NCBI GenBank assembly: GCA_900617105.1
Contig: UYFQ01000483.1
Location: forward strand, 1-59,472
Source of the DNA: Hydrurus foetidus
Lineage: Eukaryota
Length of the DNA stretch: 59,472 nucleotides
Direction: 5' to 3'
In this document: positions 12,161 to 24,657 of the stretch, piece after piece
How positions within the stretch are numbered: position 1 is the first letter of the stretch
How the letters are laid out: every line of letters begins with the position of its first letter
The notes under the pieces: model-generated
The model's database searches: none
What the model was told of the DNA's origin: nothing
What the model saw: only the letters and a program-made list of their open reading frames with translations
Translations under genes and position numbers: made by a program

Positions 12161-15100
12161 TCAGATTGACTTCTGGATGTAGAGTCCATCCTCTACTTCT
12201 CCCCGCAACTTCACAGGTCTTGCTGATCTGTGCCAGGTGAGGTTGTTACTCTTTGAGGCCGTAGAATCTGCAGTCGCGTGACGTGAAGATACCGCACATG
12301 TTCTCGGCACATGCCTGCGACACTGACAGTAGGGTCGTGTCCTTCATTCCTTCGATGACGATGGTCGGAAGCATGTATGGTGGCAGGTCACCCATCTCTG
12401 ATGGTGTGATAGTCTCCCCGAAAGCTGCATTCACCGTGCATGATGCAGGCCGTAGGTTCTTCAACTTGTTTCTGAGACCAGTTCCTGACGTGGAAGCTCC
12501 ACTGTCGATGATAACTTTATTTTCTTTTGAGGCCATACCCAGGACTCGATGTGCCGGCCCTACAGCGTGCAGAAGGTTCAGTTTGGCCTTGGGGCCTTTG
12601 CGAAGTTTCTGTAGTACCCGCCGTGGTGGCGTTGGGGCCGTGAGGTCGACTACAAATGGTTTGCCTGAACGTGGTTGATGTTGAAGAGCTGGTGTGGGGG
12701 GTCCTGGTGATGCCTCTAAGGCGCTGGGAACCGGCAATGGTGCCGCTGATGCGCTGTTGTCTCGAATTGGTGCCGCTGATGCGCTGCGAGCACTTGAGTG
12801 TGCCGCTGATCCGCTGATGACAGGTGGAATTGCTGGAGATGCTCGAGAGTTCTTATATGGCGCCGCTGATCCGCTGCGAGAGCCCGGTGATGCCGCTGAT
12901 GCGCTGTGCACAGTGGTTGGTGCCGCTGATGCGCTGTGTATACCGTGGGATGCAGAGGATCCGCTTTGGAGGCGCTGAGGAGTCGATGTAGCAGGGGTGC
13001 TCTTTCGTGATGCCGCTAATCCGCTGCCAACACTGGCTGATGACTGCGAGGTCGTGATGACGTTTCTTGATGAGCTGGTCATGCTGCTTGATGTTGGTTT
13101 GGCTGGGTCAGCTGCTTTCTCCTTGCCCTGAGTACGCTTGGCAACATAACCCCATCGCGGTGCACCATTTCCATACATGCCTATGGCAACGCGCTGTGGG
13201 GTTGACTGTGGAGTCGCTGGCGTGCGTGGTTCAGGTGATTTGTTTAGTGTGTACCGACGAGGTGGTGTAGGTGCAGGTTGTTGGGCCGGGGACAGTGGAG
13301 GTTGTATAGGGAACGTATCTGCATCATATTTCTGACGTGCTTCTACCGCTTTGACCTCTGACTTCCTCGGCTTCTTTCTCTGAGGCGTGAATACCTCCGG
13401 CGTGTCTGGAAAGTTGTACAGGTTCCTTAGGTCACGCTCTTGTTTGGGTTTGTCAAGTGGGGTGGTGTCTTCGCGCTGCGTATCCTTGTTTCGGAGGGCT
13501 GCGTTGGGACTGATGGTTGCGTCACTTGTATCCTCCCAATAGTTAGGCTGATCAAATGTGTCTACAGCTTCTTCATACTCCATGTCGTCTTCGGTATCGA
13601 TGCCAGAGAGGTCGCCATAGCATATCTCTTGATTGCCTTCCGAGGTGCTCATGACTGAGAACGTACGTACTTCCTGCGGGGGAGGTGCTTCGCGTTCTAT
13701 GACTGGTGGGCGGACTGTATCCACAATAGCATGAAATATCCGTGTGAGCATATGTAGCTCAACATACTCGGGTTCTTCGCTGAGCCTCTTAATCTCGTGG
13801 CGCATGATGACTCGTCCAGCCATGATTGTCTTGCGGTTGATAATGTCTACGTTTAGATGCTCTGCTGCATATGACATAAAGTCATACACTAGACCTAGCA
13901 TTAGAACGTTTCGTGTATCCGATGACACTCTCATGATGTTTATCCTATTTGCGATAACATAGAACTCGTCTATTTCATTTGCTCGTGACATGTAGTGGCC
14001 CGGTTCTCCCCGTGGGTGATAGTCCGACCATGTGGGTCTGAACAAATTAAACTCCCTATAGGTCAATTCTTGAGCGGTGGGGAAATCCATATGGGCGTTG
14101 AAGTACTCGCTGTTTTCATACAGCAGTTCCATAACGCGAGGGTCCGCATCTTTCACTTGGAAGTTTTCCTTACACATGTTGTGTAGTGGGTTGCAACTTG
14201 ATTGCCAACGGAATCCGGTGAATATGGTGGCTTCGACCTCACTGGTGGATCTGGCAAGGTCCGACTTGGTATACTTGTGGACGTATACGAGGAGATCTTT
14301 GATGGTGGGTACAAAGTCGTTGACATCTCTGAAAGTCTTGATTCGTTGATCGATGGACTTGAGCATGGCTTCCTGACTTTGATCACCCTTGATGTCTCCT
14401 CGGATATGACGACGCGTCTGGGGCTTGTACGTTTTGGTGGTACGTACGGCGTGATGGCGTTTGTCTTGAATACGTTTAAGTGCTCTGTCTTGTTTTGAGA
14501 CTTTGCAATGTCAAAGTATGTTGGATCCTGCCAGCCGTCTTTGCTTCCCTGGCTTGTAAGCGACTTGAGGACGACGAGCTGCTTGATGGAGTATCCTTCA
14601 GGATTCTTGTCCGTAGGTTTTCCACGTGGAGACCCGATCTTGGATCGGTGCTCGAATGATACCTTCTTGTGTTGCGGTGGTTGATACTTTGTCTTGGACT
14701 TGTCGTAGGTCTTCTCCTGTGGCTTGCGCTCAGATGGTTTACCTCCTGGAGCCTTGGATGTCTTGTGTGAGTACTTACACCGCTCACCGAACGTACAGGA
14801 GCCTTTGAGGAAATTGCGACATACATTTTCCTCAGTGATTGCATTCATCTTGAATGCTTTGATGGTTGGAGGGTCGGCTCGAATGAGCTGATCGACTAGC
14901 TCGCGATATCCTTTACTGTTTCCCCGAGAGGTATACAGGATCGCTTCCATACCCTCCTGCTTGTTCCCTTTGAGCTTCCTGGTCAGCAGGTATAGCTTCT
15001 CTGACTCCGTCATACACGTGAGATTAACGTTGTTCACGCGCGTGACAGCTTCCTCGAACGCCGCGATGTTTTCTTTGATCGACTTGCTTGAAGGTAGCTT

Positions 15101-16237
15101 GAGATCGTCGAGTAGCTCCCTTGATAGTCCGCTCTCATTACTCCTCTCGCCTTGAGCAAAGCCTTTGATGGCTTTGTACCACTCGATCCCGTTCTTGACG
15201 TCGATGTGTTGCGTGATGAGGTAATGTAGGTCCTTGTTTGTGACAAGATTCATCAGAGCGAATAGTCTTTCACAATCATGGTTGAATCTAAAATAATCAT
15301 CTTTCTTTGTGATGATTATTTTGTTGCCGTCGAACTTGGCAGATTCATGAGTATAACCGTTCGGATTATATTCATTTGATGGAACGGGGATCCTCTTTTC
15401 CTCGGCGAGAGTAAAGAGTTCGCACTCGTTCAGGAGAAGCTCGAGCTCTTTGAGCTTCTTCCTATTCGTAGCCCCGTCATTTGACAAGTTGATCTTGACT
15501 GCCATCGATGATTGATGCGTCGTAGTGATCGTATACTCTTTGACGGCGACCCTCCTACTTTCGATAAGGCTATTGTCGTGAGACTTCCTTTGATCGATTT
15601 CGATTACTGATTGGAGGTCGCTGACATCATCTCCTACGTCTAGGATGATTTGACTCCCCGTGTTTTGTTGCGCCTTTTCGACCGGCGTCTTACTGATCAC
15701 ACTTTCTGATGAGATCGTGTATTCGGTCATAACTGACCGAATGATTTCTCTGATATCTTCATTCGAATACATCCTAGAAGATTGCCCAGTGGCCAGAGAT
15801 ATGGCAGGCTCCGGAGAATGGTTGATGATTAGATCCGCTGAATCGCTCCTCTTCCCATTGTCCATAATCGCTCCAGGAATTATCGGCAGATCCTCCTGAA
15901 TAGGATCCGGCGGAGCTGGCGCTTTGAGAATATCCTCAACTAGTATGCCTAACTCAGTTTGTTGGACGATGAGCGCCAGTAGAATAATATCCTGCTCAAT
16001 ATTAACGAGGAAAGCCGGTTTCGATGGTGCTGAAGCTGACGAGATAAATCTCGTTTGGCCTCTTGACCGAGTAGCCATTCGAGCAGCGGCGGGTTGTTTT
16101 GCCGCTGGTCTTGGCACACTAGAACTTCTGTTCCGAGTGGCCGGCATTGCTTTGCTTGTCTGATGACTCAATTTTAGTTGATAAAAATGATCAGTTTTTC
16201 GCCAAAAATCTCTCATACTTGATTTGTTGTTTCTCAA
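12161..16237 (-). pseudogene. gag: copia A gag - CCCH finger - unknown domain - aspartic protease, ending at TGA 12161-12163
   Basis: CRNFLKGSCTFGERCKYSH; IIDSGAS; frameshifts ~14380 and ~12215, TAA at 12246. Confidence 0.88.
12738..13030 (-). repeat. Coding minisatellite (S-A/G-S-A-A-P units) in copia A linker
   Basis: Repeated TGCCGCTGAT(G/C)CGCTG on plus strand at 30-39 bp spacing. Confidence 0.85.
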
Positions 16238-16253
16238 GAATCAGTCGCTACCA

Positions 16254-16712
16254 TGTGGATCTGGCTAGAGGATATCACCTGATGACTTATAGTCCAACTG
16301 GTGTGGAGGCTACTGCAGTAGAACTCCAAGACTCGGCTAGAACGTTGTGTCGGCGAAATTGTAAGCTATATCGATTAAGATCTGCTTAGGTTTACAAGAT
16401 ACAGAAGATCTGCAGTTGGCAATCTGCATATGCAACTAATATGTGATTGGCTACCTGGCAAACGAGGTGGCGAGCAAGGTAGAGGTAAAATCATGTGTGG
16501 CGTTGCAAGAAAGATCATAGCAGTTTTGGCACTGAAAGGATGCTTTCGAATATGGGATGTATCGCCACCGGCCATATCTTGTATGTACAGTGTACGTTCT
16601 ATGGTGTACGTACGGTTACACATATATGTATACAGTACTACCTAACGTGTATCTATACTACTATATCTGCTACTATACAACAGACGTAACTACGTTGGTG
16701 GTTAGTCTGACA
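16254..16712 (-). repeat. 5' LTR copia A, PBS at ~16243-16253
   Basis: Direct repeat of 7920-8378; followed on minus strand by TGGTAGCGACT (initiator-tRNA-Met-like, cf. Ty1 TGGTAGCG). Confidence 0.97.
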
Positions 16713-16717
16713 TATTC

Positions 16718-16933
16718 AGACCAGCTGACAAATCTGCCACATTGCAGAAAAAGAAGGAAGAGAAGGACAGAATTGATAGGGAGGCATTTGAGGTGAGAAG
16801 AAAAAAAGAAGAGGCAAAAGAAGAGGCGAAGAAAGAGAAGGCGGATGAAACGAACGAGGTAAAAAGAAGAAGAGAAGAAGAAAAAGGTCTGAACAAAAGG
16901 AGCAAGAAAATCATCACCTCACTTAATTCATAA
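16718..16933 (+). pseudogene. 3' end of pogo-like transposase (K/E-rich tail)
   Basis: Removing copia A and one TSD restores ...NTKVF-RPADKSATLQKKKEEK... in frame. Confidence 0.8.
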
Positions 16934-17336
16934 ATCTTTGCTGCCATCGTGAATGTTTAGTTCATCACTGTCGTTTCTAGTCTATCATTGTCGGATCGAA
17001 TGCCTTATCGCACAGAAATTTGCATCACTATCTTGAACTACGTTCGTAATAACCATTGCATTTCAATGATGTCATCAATGCGTCTTATCATAATTCAGTG
17101 CGTAATGATACACGAAAACTTACTCGCAATTTAAACTTATATCGGAATTTTCTTGGTAACTACAGAAGTCGTGAATAATTTGAAATCTCTTCACCACCAA
17201 AATAATTTAGAACATTTCCAAGGACGGATTTAAAGCGTTAAAAAACGCGTGATGCTTCAAATATCAATAGCAATCAACTGCAAAAAATCTCGCCCGAAAA
17301 TACAAATTATTGTCCGCCGTTGACAAGTGAGAAAAG

Positions 17337-17942
17337 CTGCTTCCCTGAGTAGCGCATTTGTGTCACATGAAATAGGTTAAAAAGTTGATGTAATTAGACG
17401 CTGATTGAAGTGTCGGCTTTCAGAAAGCTCAATTTGAGTGTACACTCAATGGAAATCAATTGCTTTACGGTTGAAAACGATAGGATTATTTTGTAGTTGA
17501 TGATACCTGAGAAGTCAGACAATAGTTCAAAGTTACGGTCTTGATATCTTGATCGATAACTCGAGGATGAGTTCAGCTAACGAAATTCCTGGAAAACAGA
17601 CCGATGACATAGGTATTAGGTCCATGCCAAGAGAGTTTCAGCGCTCAGATATGAACGATAGATAGGCTTCATGTGGTTGCAGAAAAAATTACCTTTTGCA
17701 AGGAACAAGCGATCTCTTTGGCGGTCGATAGCTACCGAACGGTTGAAGCTAGAGTAAAATTGACAACAGCAGTGCTATTCTAGCAGTGCCAATTAGTCGA
17801 CAAAGGTCTTCACAACCTCATACGACAATCGATAGTATCGTTGTGATATCTGGAGTTGAAAGTTGGTAGGTCAGCTCGAGTTTGGAATATCCAAGTATGG
17901 TACCCAATTATTCCCGGAGTACCCAATTATTCCCGGTACTGG
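17337..17942 (-). repeat. Right TIR of pogo-like element
   Basis: Reverse complement of 5321-5926. Confidence 0.95.
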
Positions 17943-18197
17943 ATTTCAGAAAATTTTAATAATCGTAGCGGATGTAAAACTATCGAATTAGGCCAGTCTT
18001 TATGACGCACATATTTTACATTTTTTGGATCCTTTTTTTGTAAATGTCGCCGTCGACTTGGCCTTATGACGCTAAAAAACGACAAAATAAAAAATGCAAG
18101 CGACATTTTTTAGAGAAGATTACACAGAAACAGCACTTTTTGTGTGAACGATGATTTCCAATGACGCCCAATACATAAATCATTAGCTTCATTCAAA

Positions 18198-20414
18198 ATG
18201 CCTCCCAGTTCAGAACTGTTGCATGAAGTGAAGTCCCAACAGAACGTGCTCATAGCTCGTGCTGGTCTATCTGTTCCTGGTCATGAAATGCATGGAGAGG
18301 ACATCAATACCGCGATGTTTACCCAATTTAAATATCATGTTCTGAAAAGAAGGCATAATCTCGATGCGCCAGAAAATACATTCCTTCGTTCATGGCGACA
18401 TCTTGATGCTACCTGCGGTGACAAGGATTTTCACACTGGAGCTACCCTCTGGAGGAAATACGCCGCCATTAAGAAATACGTCAACAATAATATCACGTCG
18501 ATATATGTTAAACATTTGGGTCCTGATGGGCAACCCCCATCTGGTCAAACAAAAGCGGATATCTTTAAGAAGACACGGCGTGATTTATTTCTAGCTGAAC
18601 AGGAAGAATCGAAAGCGAAGTCCAAAAATCCCGCTTCATTCAAAAAGAAACCCTTCTCATCCTCATGGTATCCAGTTCAATGGGGAGTCTTCCTTGAATT
18701 TGGCAGAGGTGCTGATCATCCTGAGAGAGCTTTCTTGAGTAAGTTAGAATCTACTTTATCAATTTACATGCAGAGGGCTAGAAAAAGAGTTTCTGAAATC
18801 ACCAAAGTCAATGAAGATTTGAAGAAACCTACGGAAACAGAAGTGAACAACAAGAAGGACCGGAAAGTCTTGAACCGTCAAGTGGAAGTATCTCGGGAAG
18901 CTGTTGAATTCAAGAAGAGAAACAGTGTAAGTCATCAGTGCTGACTAATTGAGTACATCTAAACATCAAGCAACTCCATCTTATTTAATCAATTTATGCA
19001 GCGATTTGAAGAGCTCAAGTTCTTGATGAACATGGAGACTGATCCAGTCAAGAAAGAGGTATGCATGGAAACCATCCGTGCTTTTGTAAAGCAAGGTCAA
19101 GAGTTGGTGGTCACGAATCTTTGTGATACTTCTTCCGACGAAGATGAGACAAGAGAAATTGTTAGTGACGTCACAAAGAGTAGCATCGAGACTACTACTA
19201 CTTCTCAGGACAACAGAAGAAATCAGCGGCGCTTACTATCTGGAATTATTGAAAAATGGAATTCGGATGTATCTGACGAGGAGGTGAAAGATGCAGATAA
19301 TGAAAGTGATAATAAGGACAACGAATCTTCAGATAACAATCAAGGAGACGATCAATCTTCAACCTCTTCCAGGTCCACTACCTCTTATCCACCAAGAATA
19401 TTTAAGGAATACGTTCCTCCCAACTCCACCAACTCCAGCTATTCAAGTCAAGTCAAGACTAATAAATCCAAGGACATTCCTACTGGCCGTACCAACTCAA
19501 CCAAGTCCAGTCAAGTCAAGACGATTAAAGCTAAAGATACCAGAGTATATGAGGAAAACAATCCAACCAACCGTCCAAACTCCAACAACTCAAGCAAGTC
19601 CAGTCAAGTCAAGACGATTAATGCTAAAGATACCAGAGTATATGAGGAAAACACTCCAACCAACCGTACCAAAACAACGAACCATATCGACTCCACAAGC
19701 TCAAGCAACTCTTGCAACTCAAGCAACTCAAGTGAAGTTAAAACTAATCAAAGAATAGACCCACGACTACAGCTAAGGAAAAACTTCAAGAAACCCTTCA
19801 CGAGCACTCAAGAAAACGACATGAGAGAACAACCAAACACAACCGTTACAACAAAGAGCTTCCATTATCAAGATTACATATCACGGAATAACGCATCGGA
19901 TGAAGACGAAAGTCAGACAGTATCATCTACCACCCAAGCCACTGAAAGCCAATCCGATCCATCCAACACTGCCATCATCAACCACACTAAACAAAGTCAG
20001 AGTAATGGGATAGAGGAGGAAAGCCAGACCAATTTATTCACCATTGAAAACCGTATGGATGAAACTCAATCCGAGGCCGAAGATAGAATCTTAGCCGAGA
20101 CTTCAGCCGATATAGCATACTTCAAACAAAGCATTGCATCTTCTGATGAGAATGAGAACACAGTCATGGAGGATTCGCAGCTTACTGATTTGGAAGAGGA
20201 AATAGGGTTACCTACAGCGAACAGTAAAGATGTCAACAGCAGAGCTCCTTTCCTGACCAGAAATACGAAACCGAACAATCGTTCAGTAACAAGATCACAA
20301 CAAGAATTAGGGAAAAAGAATAGTACGAAGAAGTTGACTGAAGAAGAGGAAGAGCAGTTGGACATTTACGCATCGTATGAAAAGGATAATAAGCTCAAGA
20401 GGAAGAGGAAATAA
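18198..20414 (+). CDS. Harbinger accessory ORF (putative DNA-binding protein), intron 18927-19001
   Basis: GTAAGT...TGCAG phase-0 intron joins ORFs 18198 and 18996 in frame; W-containing helical N-terminus, long S/T/N-rich tail with a 93-bp duplication (~19503-19670); convergent with the transposase. Confidence 0.75.
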
Positions 20415-20643
20415 ATACTAAATATCACTAACCTATTTTCATATTTTTTTTTGGTTTTGACATATCATTGTTTTTTAAAAGTCCGTTGATGTTGCAATGC
20501 TTGAATAAATCCTTCTATTTACAGGGATAACGCTGGTAAAATTTAAAACTTTTCCTTCAAAAAACTTATGTTATTTTTACAAAAATGAATCATCATATGG
20601 GAAAGCACGTTCAGTCACTGCATAGTTACATTTCAAATTGAAG

Positions 20644-22074
20644 TCACTTTCTTTTTTTAAGCCATTGAATTTGGTTTCGTTTATATTTCCATAAATAGTG
20701 ATCTACAAGTTTTTTTTGTAATGTAGTGTAAGATGATTCATATTCAGTATCACATTCTCCATGTACAATTCTAAAACGATCCTCCACTGCAACTGCGCCC
20801 ATAAGAGTATAATCAGTAAGTGGTGTCAAATTACGTACTCTACTTAAATGTTGCCTGAATATAATCATATCTTCATGAGCATGATCACCATCAAGTCCTA
20901 TATAATTTACGTTCTCTTCCCATCTAACATCTAAACCGTCGAAATGTAATAGAATATTATGCAATATACAACAACAGTAAAACATATTATCAATAGTAAC
21001 TTTATCATGATAATATATAGGCAATTTTAGACAACGGAATCTACCTTTTAAGACACCAAAGACAAACTCTACATCTTTACGAACTGTCTCTGCCCGTTCA
21101 CTCCATAGTGACTCTCTGGGAATAGCCGAATGTTTTAGAGGACATTGAAGGCACCTCCACTTGTGATAGCCGCCATCAACTAATAGCCAAGCTCCTTCTT
21201 CTTCATATTCCACACCGTCCCTTGTATTCATTTTATATTTAACATCCCCATATTTTAATCCATCATGAATGTCACTTACGAAACCATCGAATCTTACTAT
21301 AGTGCGATCACTTCTTGTACCAGGAAAACCATGCGTTACTGCAATAATTTTAGAAGTATGATCACAAGTTACTTCATAAGAGAGAGTGGGAAAACCTTCT
21401 TTACCCTTGTGTAGAACACGATCACCAGATGAACAACGTTCCCACTTGATGTGGACACAGTCGGTACTACCAATGCAACCCGGAAATCCTAGTCTATCAT
21501 ATACAGCCAGTGTTTTCGCAATCTCCTCTGGTGTCTCAGGAGGATTGCAATAGATAGAAAAATATTTGTGGGCAAAGTGATTGCACCATTTGTGGAAGAA
21601 TACTCTGTTGACCTCCGCACTTATATAAGAGAGTTCCTCTATCCCATCGAAGCAGAATCCCCTCCCGAGAACTCGAAGTACTCCAAGAATCTTCAGTTCC
21701 AAGGGGGCACACTTCTGCCCCGCAGCATCATTTTTTTCACTGAACCAACCATTACCTCGAGTCATTTCTACCAACCTCTCATACAAGGGGAAGGGTACAC
21801 GAAAACGTGTTCTGAATAGAACACCGCCCTTGCGATCGGTAGGATCTTGCGTTCTAGGGTGTACCAACATACGACCCCAACAAGACATTTCATATGGTGG
21901 ACGACCTTCCCATCTCCGGAATTTATATACTGGTTCATCAACTTTATTTATTCCTCTAATGAGAGGATGTTCCTCAACATCGTCTCCACGGGATTTCTTT
22001 CTTCGCATAAAGGCAGCCATATTGCGACCGATGTCTCCAGTAAATTTCTCGATATCATCATCGCTAGAATCCAT
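20644..22074 (-). CDS. PIF/Harbinger (DDE_Tnp_4-type) transposase, intact 476 aa
   Basis: GFPGCIGSTDCVH, GTRSD, LVDGGY, RKDVEFVFGVLKGRF, CCILHN. Confidence 0.95.
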   Translation of the reverse strand: MDSSDDDIEKFTGDIGRNMAAFMRRKKSRGDDVEEHPLIRGINKVDEPVYKFRRWEGRPPYEMSCWGRMLVHPRTQDPTDRKGGVLFRTRFRVPFPLYERLVEMTRGNGWFSEKNDAAGQKCAPLELKILGVLRVLGRGFCFDGIEELSYISAEVNRVFFHKWCNHFAHKYFSIYCNPPETPEEIAKTLAVYDRLGFPGCIGSTDCVHIKWERCSSGDRVLHKGKEGFPTLSYEVTCDHTSKIIAVTHGFPGTRSDRTIVRFDGFVSDIHDGLKYGDVKYKMNTRDGVEYEEEGAWLLVDGGYHKWRCLQCPLKHSAIPRESLWSERAETVRKDVEFVFGVLKGRFRCLKLPIYYHDKVTIDNMFYCCCILHNILLHFDGLDVRWEENVNYIGLDGDHAHEDMIIFRQHLSRVRNLTPLTDYTLMGAVAVEDRFRIVHGECDTEYESSYTTLQKKLVDHYLWKYKRNQIQWLKKRK

Positions 22075-22792
22075 TGCAAAGGATGTGAATAATGGAAATA
22101 TGCAATGAAAGATTGTAAAGATACCTCAAATTTATCATCGATCAGAATATGATACCGAATTTTTTTTTCGTGAAAACGTCATAAGGCTTGTTACATACAA
22201 ATAATCAAAATAAAACGTGTAAACGTCATAAGGTCAACCCAAATTTGTCGCCAAAAAAATGTTTTTCCCTACAAAAAAAGGAAAACGTAAAAAATGTTTT
22301 GTGTGCGTCATATTGATTATTTGTATGTAACAAGCCTTATGACGTTTTCACGAAAAAAAATTCGGTATCATATTCTGATCGATGATAAATTTGAGGTATC
22401 TTTACAATCTTTCATTGCATATTTCCATTATTCACATCCTTTGCAATGGATTCTAGCGATGATGATATGACGACTTTTCGCTGTAACCGGTCCCAGGTAG
22501 AAGTATTTTCGCCTCCATGGAAGAAAGTTCTTTTTTCTGAAAACGTAAGTTGTACTAGCTAAAATCACACAAAAGTACAGAAAAACACCGTATAAAACGT
22601 ATTTTGATGTTCTTGCTGTAACCGGTCCCAATTGAATCTCTGTAACCGGTCCCCAATATGAGTAGGCGGTCCCCTGTTTTTGTAACCGAGTTGACGTAGA
22701 GCTCAGCTGTTAATACATTCTGAATTCTGAGGGAGTAAAGCCGGAGGTCAGCATAGAATAATTCAACCCGGCACCCCACCAACTCTCGTAAA

Positions 22793-24569
22793 ATGTTGTC
22801 CAAAACGTCACCACTTGAAGACACGCGTCTGAAGGTACATAAAGGGGACAAGGGGAGATTGATCAACAATCACGACAACCCACGACTTCTGCTAGATGAC
22901 GATCCCATGATTGAGTTTCAGAAATGTTTGGGCGGGCCAGAGCAGGCCCAAGACACTATAGATCTATTTAATAGGTTCAACAAAGGAGATAAAAACCAAA
23001 AAATGATGGCCGACGGACTCATCTCAAATCTGCTTCTGACCTACAAAGTTTCGAAGCGTGCCATTGCCTCCGTCCTCAAAATTGGAACAGGTCGCATCAA
23101 ACGCAACCGAGATGGAAAATCAAAACGAACAGATCACGTGCATCTGAATGGAAATCAGGTGCATTGTAGATCTACAGATTTCGTTCATCTGAAGCCTCGT
23201 TGTAACCTTGTCCTATTCAATTCAGATCACTGCCCATGATCTCGACAATCTAAAAGACTTTGTGGATTCACTTACCGTTGAGAACGGTTACCCGTGTTCT
23301 CATAGGAGAATGAAGAAATACGTATCAGAAGTGGGCATTGATAATTTCTCCAGGTACGATTAATTTAAGTCTGAAAGAAATCTTCCACTTTTGATTCTAA
23401 CCTTATCAACGATTATTGATAATTCAGCCTTCATCAGAAGTACACGAAGGATAGGATTGGGGATAAGAGGATTCTCCCATACCCCACTTTCATGAAGTAC
23501 ATGAGATCTCATCATGTGAATGTTGCAATTGTGCGAGCGAAAGAGGACTGTTGCGATACGTGTTTACGTCTGTCAGTAGCAGCGCAGGATGCCAATATTG
23601 GCGATGAAGAAAGAGCTATGATTCTAGAGTCACAACGACTCCACGCAAATTGAAGTTTAATGCTTATTTTAATTCATTGTCCATGATACATTTAAAAAAA
23701 TCCTCTGATATAATATATCCCATTTTATGCAATTCAATTCAGGCCGTCTTGATGTTCATGTCACTATTATCTATGACATTATATAAAAGAGTTATCTGTC
23801 ACTATTTGATATCGGGTCATAGTCACATGATGCCTGATAGGGTAGTTAGTCATATAAAGAAAAGTTTTGGAACAAATGATTTGTATTTACCAGATGAAAT
23901 GATCGAGAAAATGTCAAGCATAGATACTGTAAAAGCAGAATTAATAGATCACAATGATCCATTACGCCAAATATACACCGGATGGGAAAAAATATTGAAA
24001 GACCAATTAATTCTAATTCCATCTATGGAGAATGGTTACACAAAGAATCACTTCTATGAATTCGCAGATGGCGAAGTATCAATAAGACATACAGTAGGGA
24101 GTGAAATTAAATATGTTCATAACTATGTTCCACCAGGGACAGAGAGTATAATAAGAAATGGTATCCTAAAAAGGTATCCTTTATCAAAAGCAACAATGAA
24201 AGATATTATACTAATTCCGCACCCCTTAATACAATTTCCTAAATCAAAAATATCTAGTCTATCAGAAAAATATTTTTCTATTCCAGAGGATAAATTATAC
24301 TATTATCCGTCAATAACGCCTAACAAAGAGCATTCAAATCCTGTTACGAATGCAAACAATAGAGCAAGAGAAGCTGTTGAAATGATAAGAAAAAAAAGAG
24401 GGCTAGACATTGAAACAAATACTAAAAACTCCAATACCACCAATAAAGGTGCACGTAAAAAATGTGTAGTTCCTGTAACACCATTTTCTCAATCTATTTT
24501 GCGTTTTGTGAAATTAACGCCTACGTCAGTTACACTGCCAGCCCAGGATGGAGCCTTAAAGTCACCAAG
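22793..24569 (+). pseudogene. Sola-type transposase with internal deletion near 23650 (introns 23159-23225, 23354-23427)
   Basis: Spliced frame gives ...RAKEDCCDTC...; later YLISGHSHMMPDRVVSHIK; the region expected to hold the first two catalytic Asp is missing. Confidence 0.72.
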
Positions 24570-24657
24570 GTAAAACCATAAATTGTACTTTCTTTATCTC
24601 TAATGCCACTACTGCGTATTTATTTAAATTCTTTCCGTCTTCTTTATTTTATTTCAG

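Larger units (their letters stand above)
7920..16712 (-). mobile_element. Full-length Ty1/copia LTR retrotransposon, family A
   Basis: 459-bp LTRs, TSD TATTC (7915-7919 / 16713-16717), PBS TGGTAGCGAC, PPT, order gag-PR-IN-RT-RH. Confidence 0.97.
5321..17942 (+). mobile_element. pogo/Tc1-mariner-like DNA transposon with long TIRs, interrupted by copia A
   Basis: 606-bp inverted repeats 5321-5926 / 17337-17942 starting CCAGTACC; ATTT on both flanks; internal DDE_1-like transposase. Confidence 0.88.
17991..22312. mobile_element. PIF/Harbinger transposon copy 1 (right TIR lacks last ~10 bp)
   Basis: TTA|GGCCAGTCTTTATGACGCAC left end; GTGCGTCATA at right; subterminal CCTTATGACG motifs; two convergent genes. 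Confidence 0.88.

Noticed and set aside
14340..14400. Programmed frameshift between copia ORF1 and ORF2
   Set aside because: Frame breaks lie at non-homologous positions in A (~14380), B (~37065) and C (~52190), so decay or error is more likely
7920..16712. Paradox of near-identical LTRs with broken ORFs in copia A
   Set aside because: A few stops/indels over 7 kb are compatible with the LTR divergence plus sequencing error
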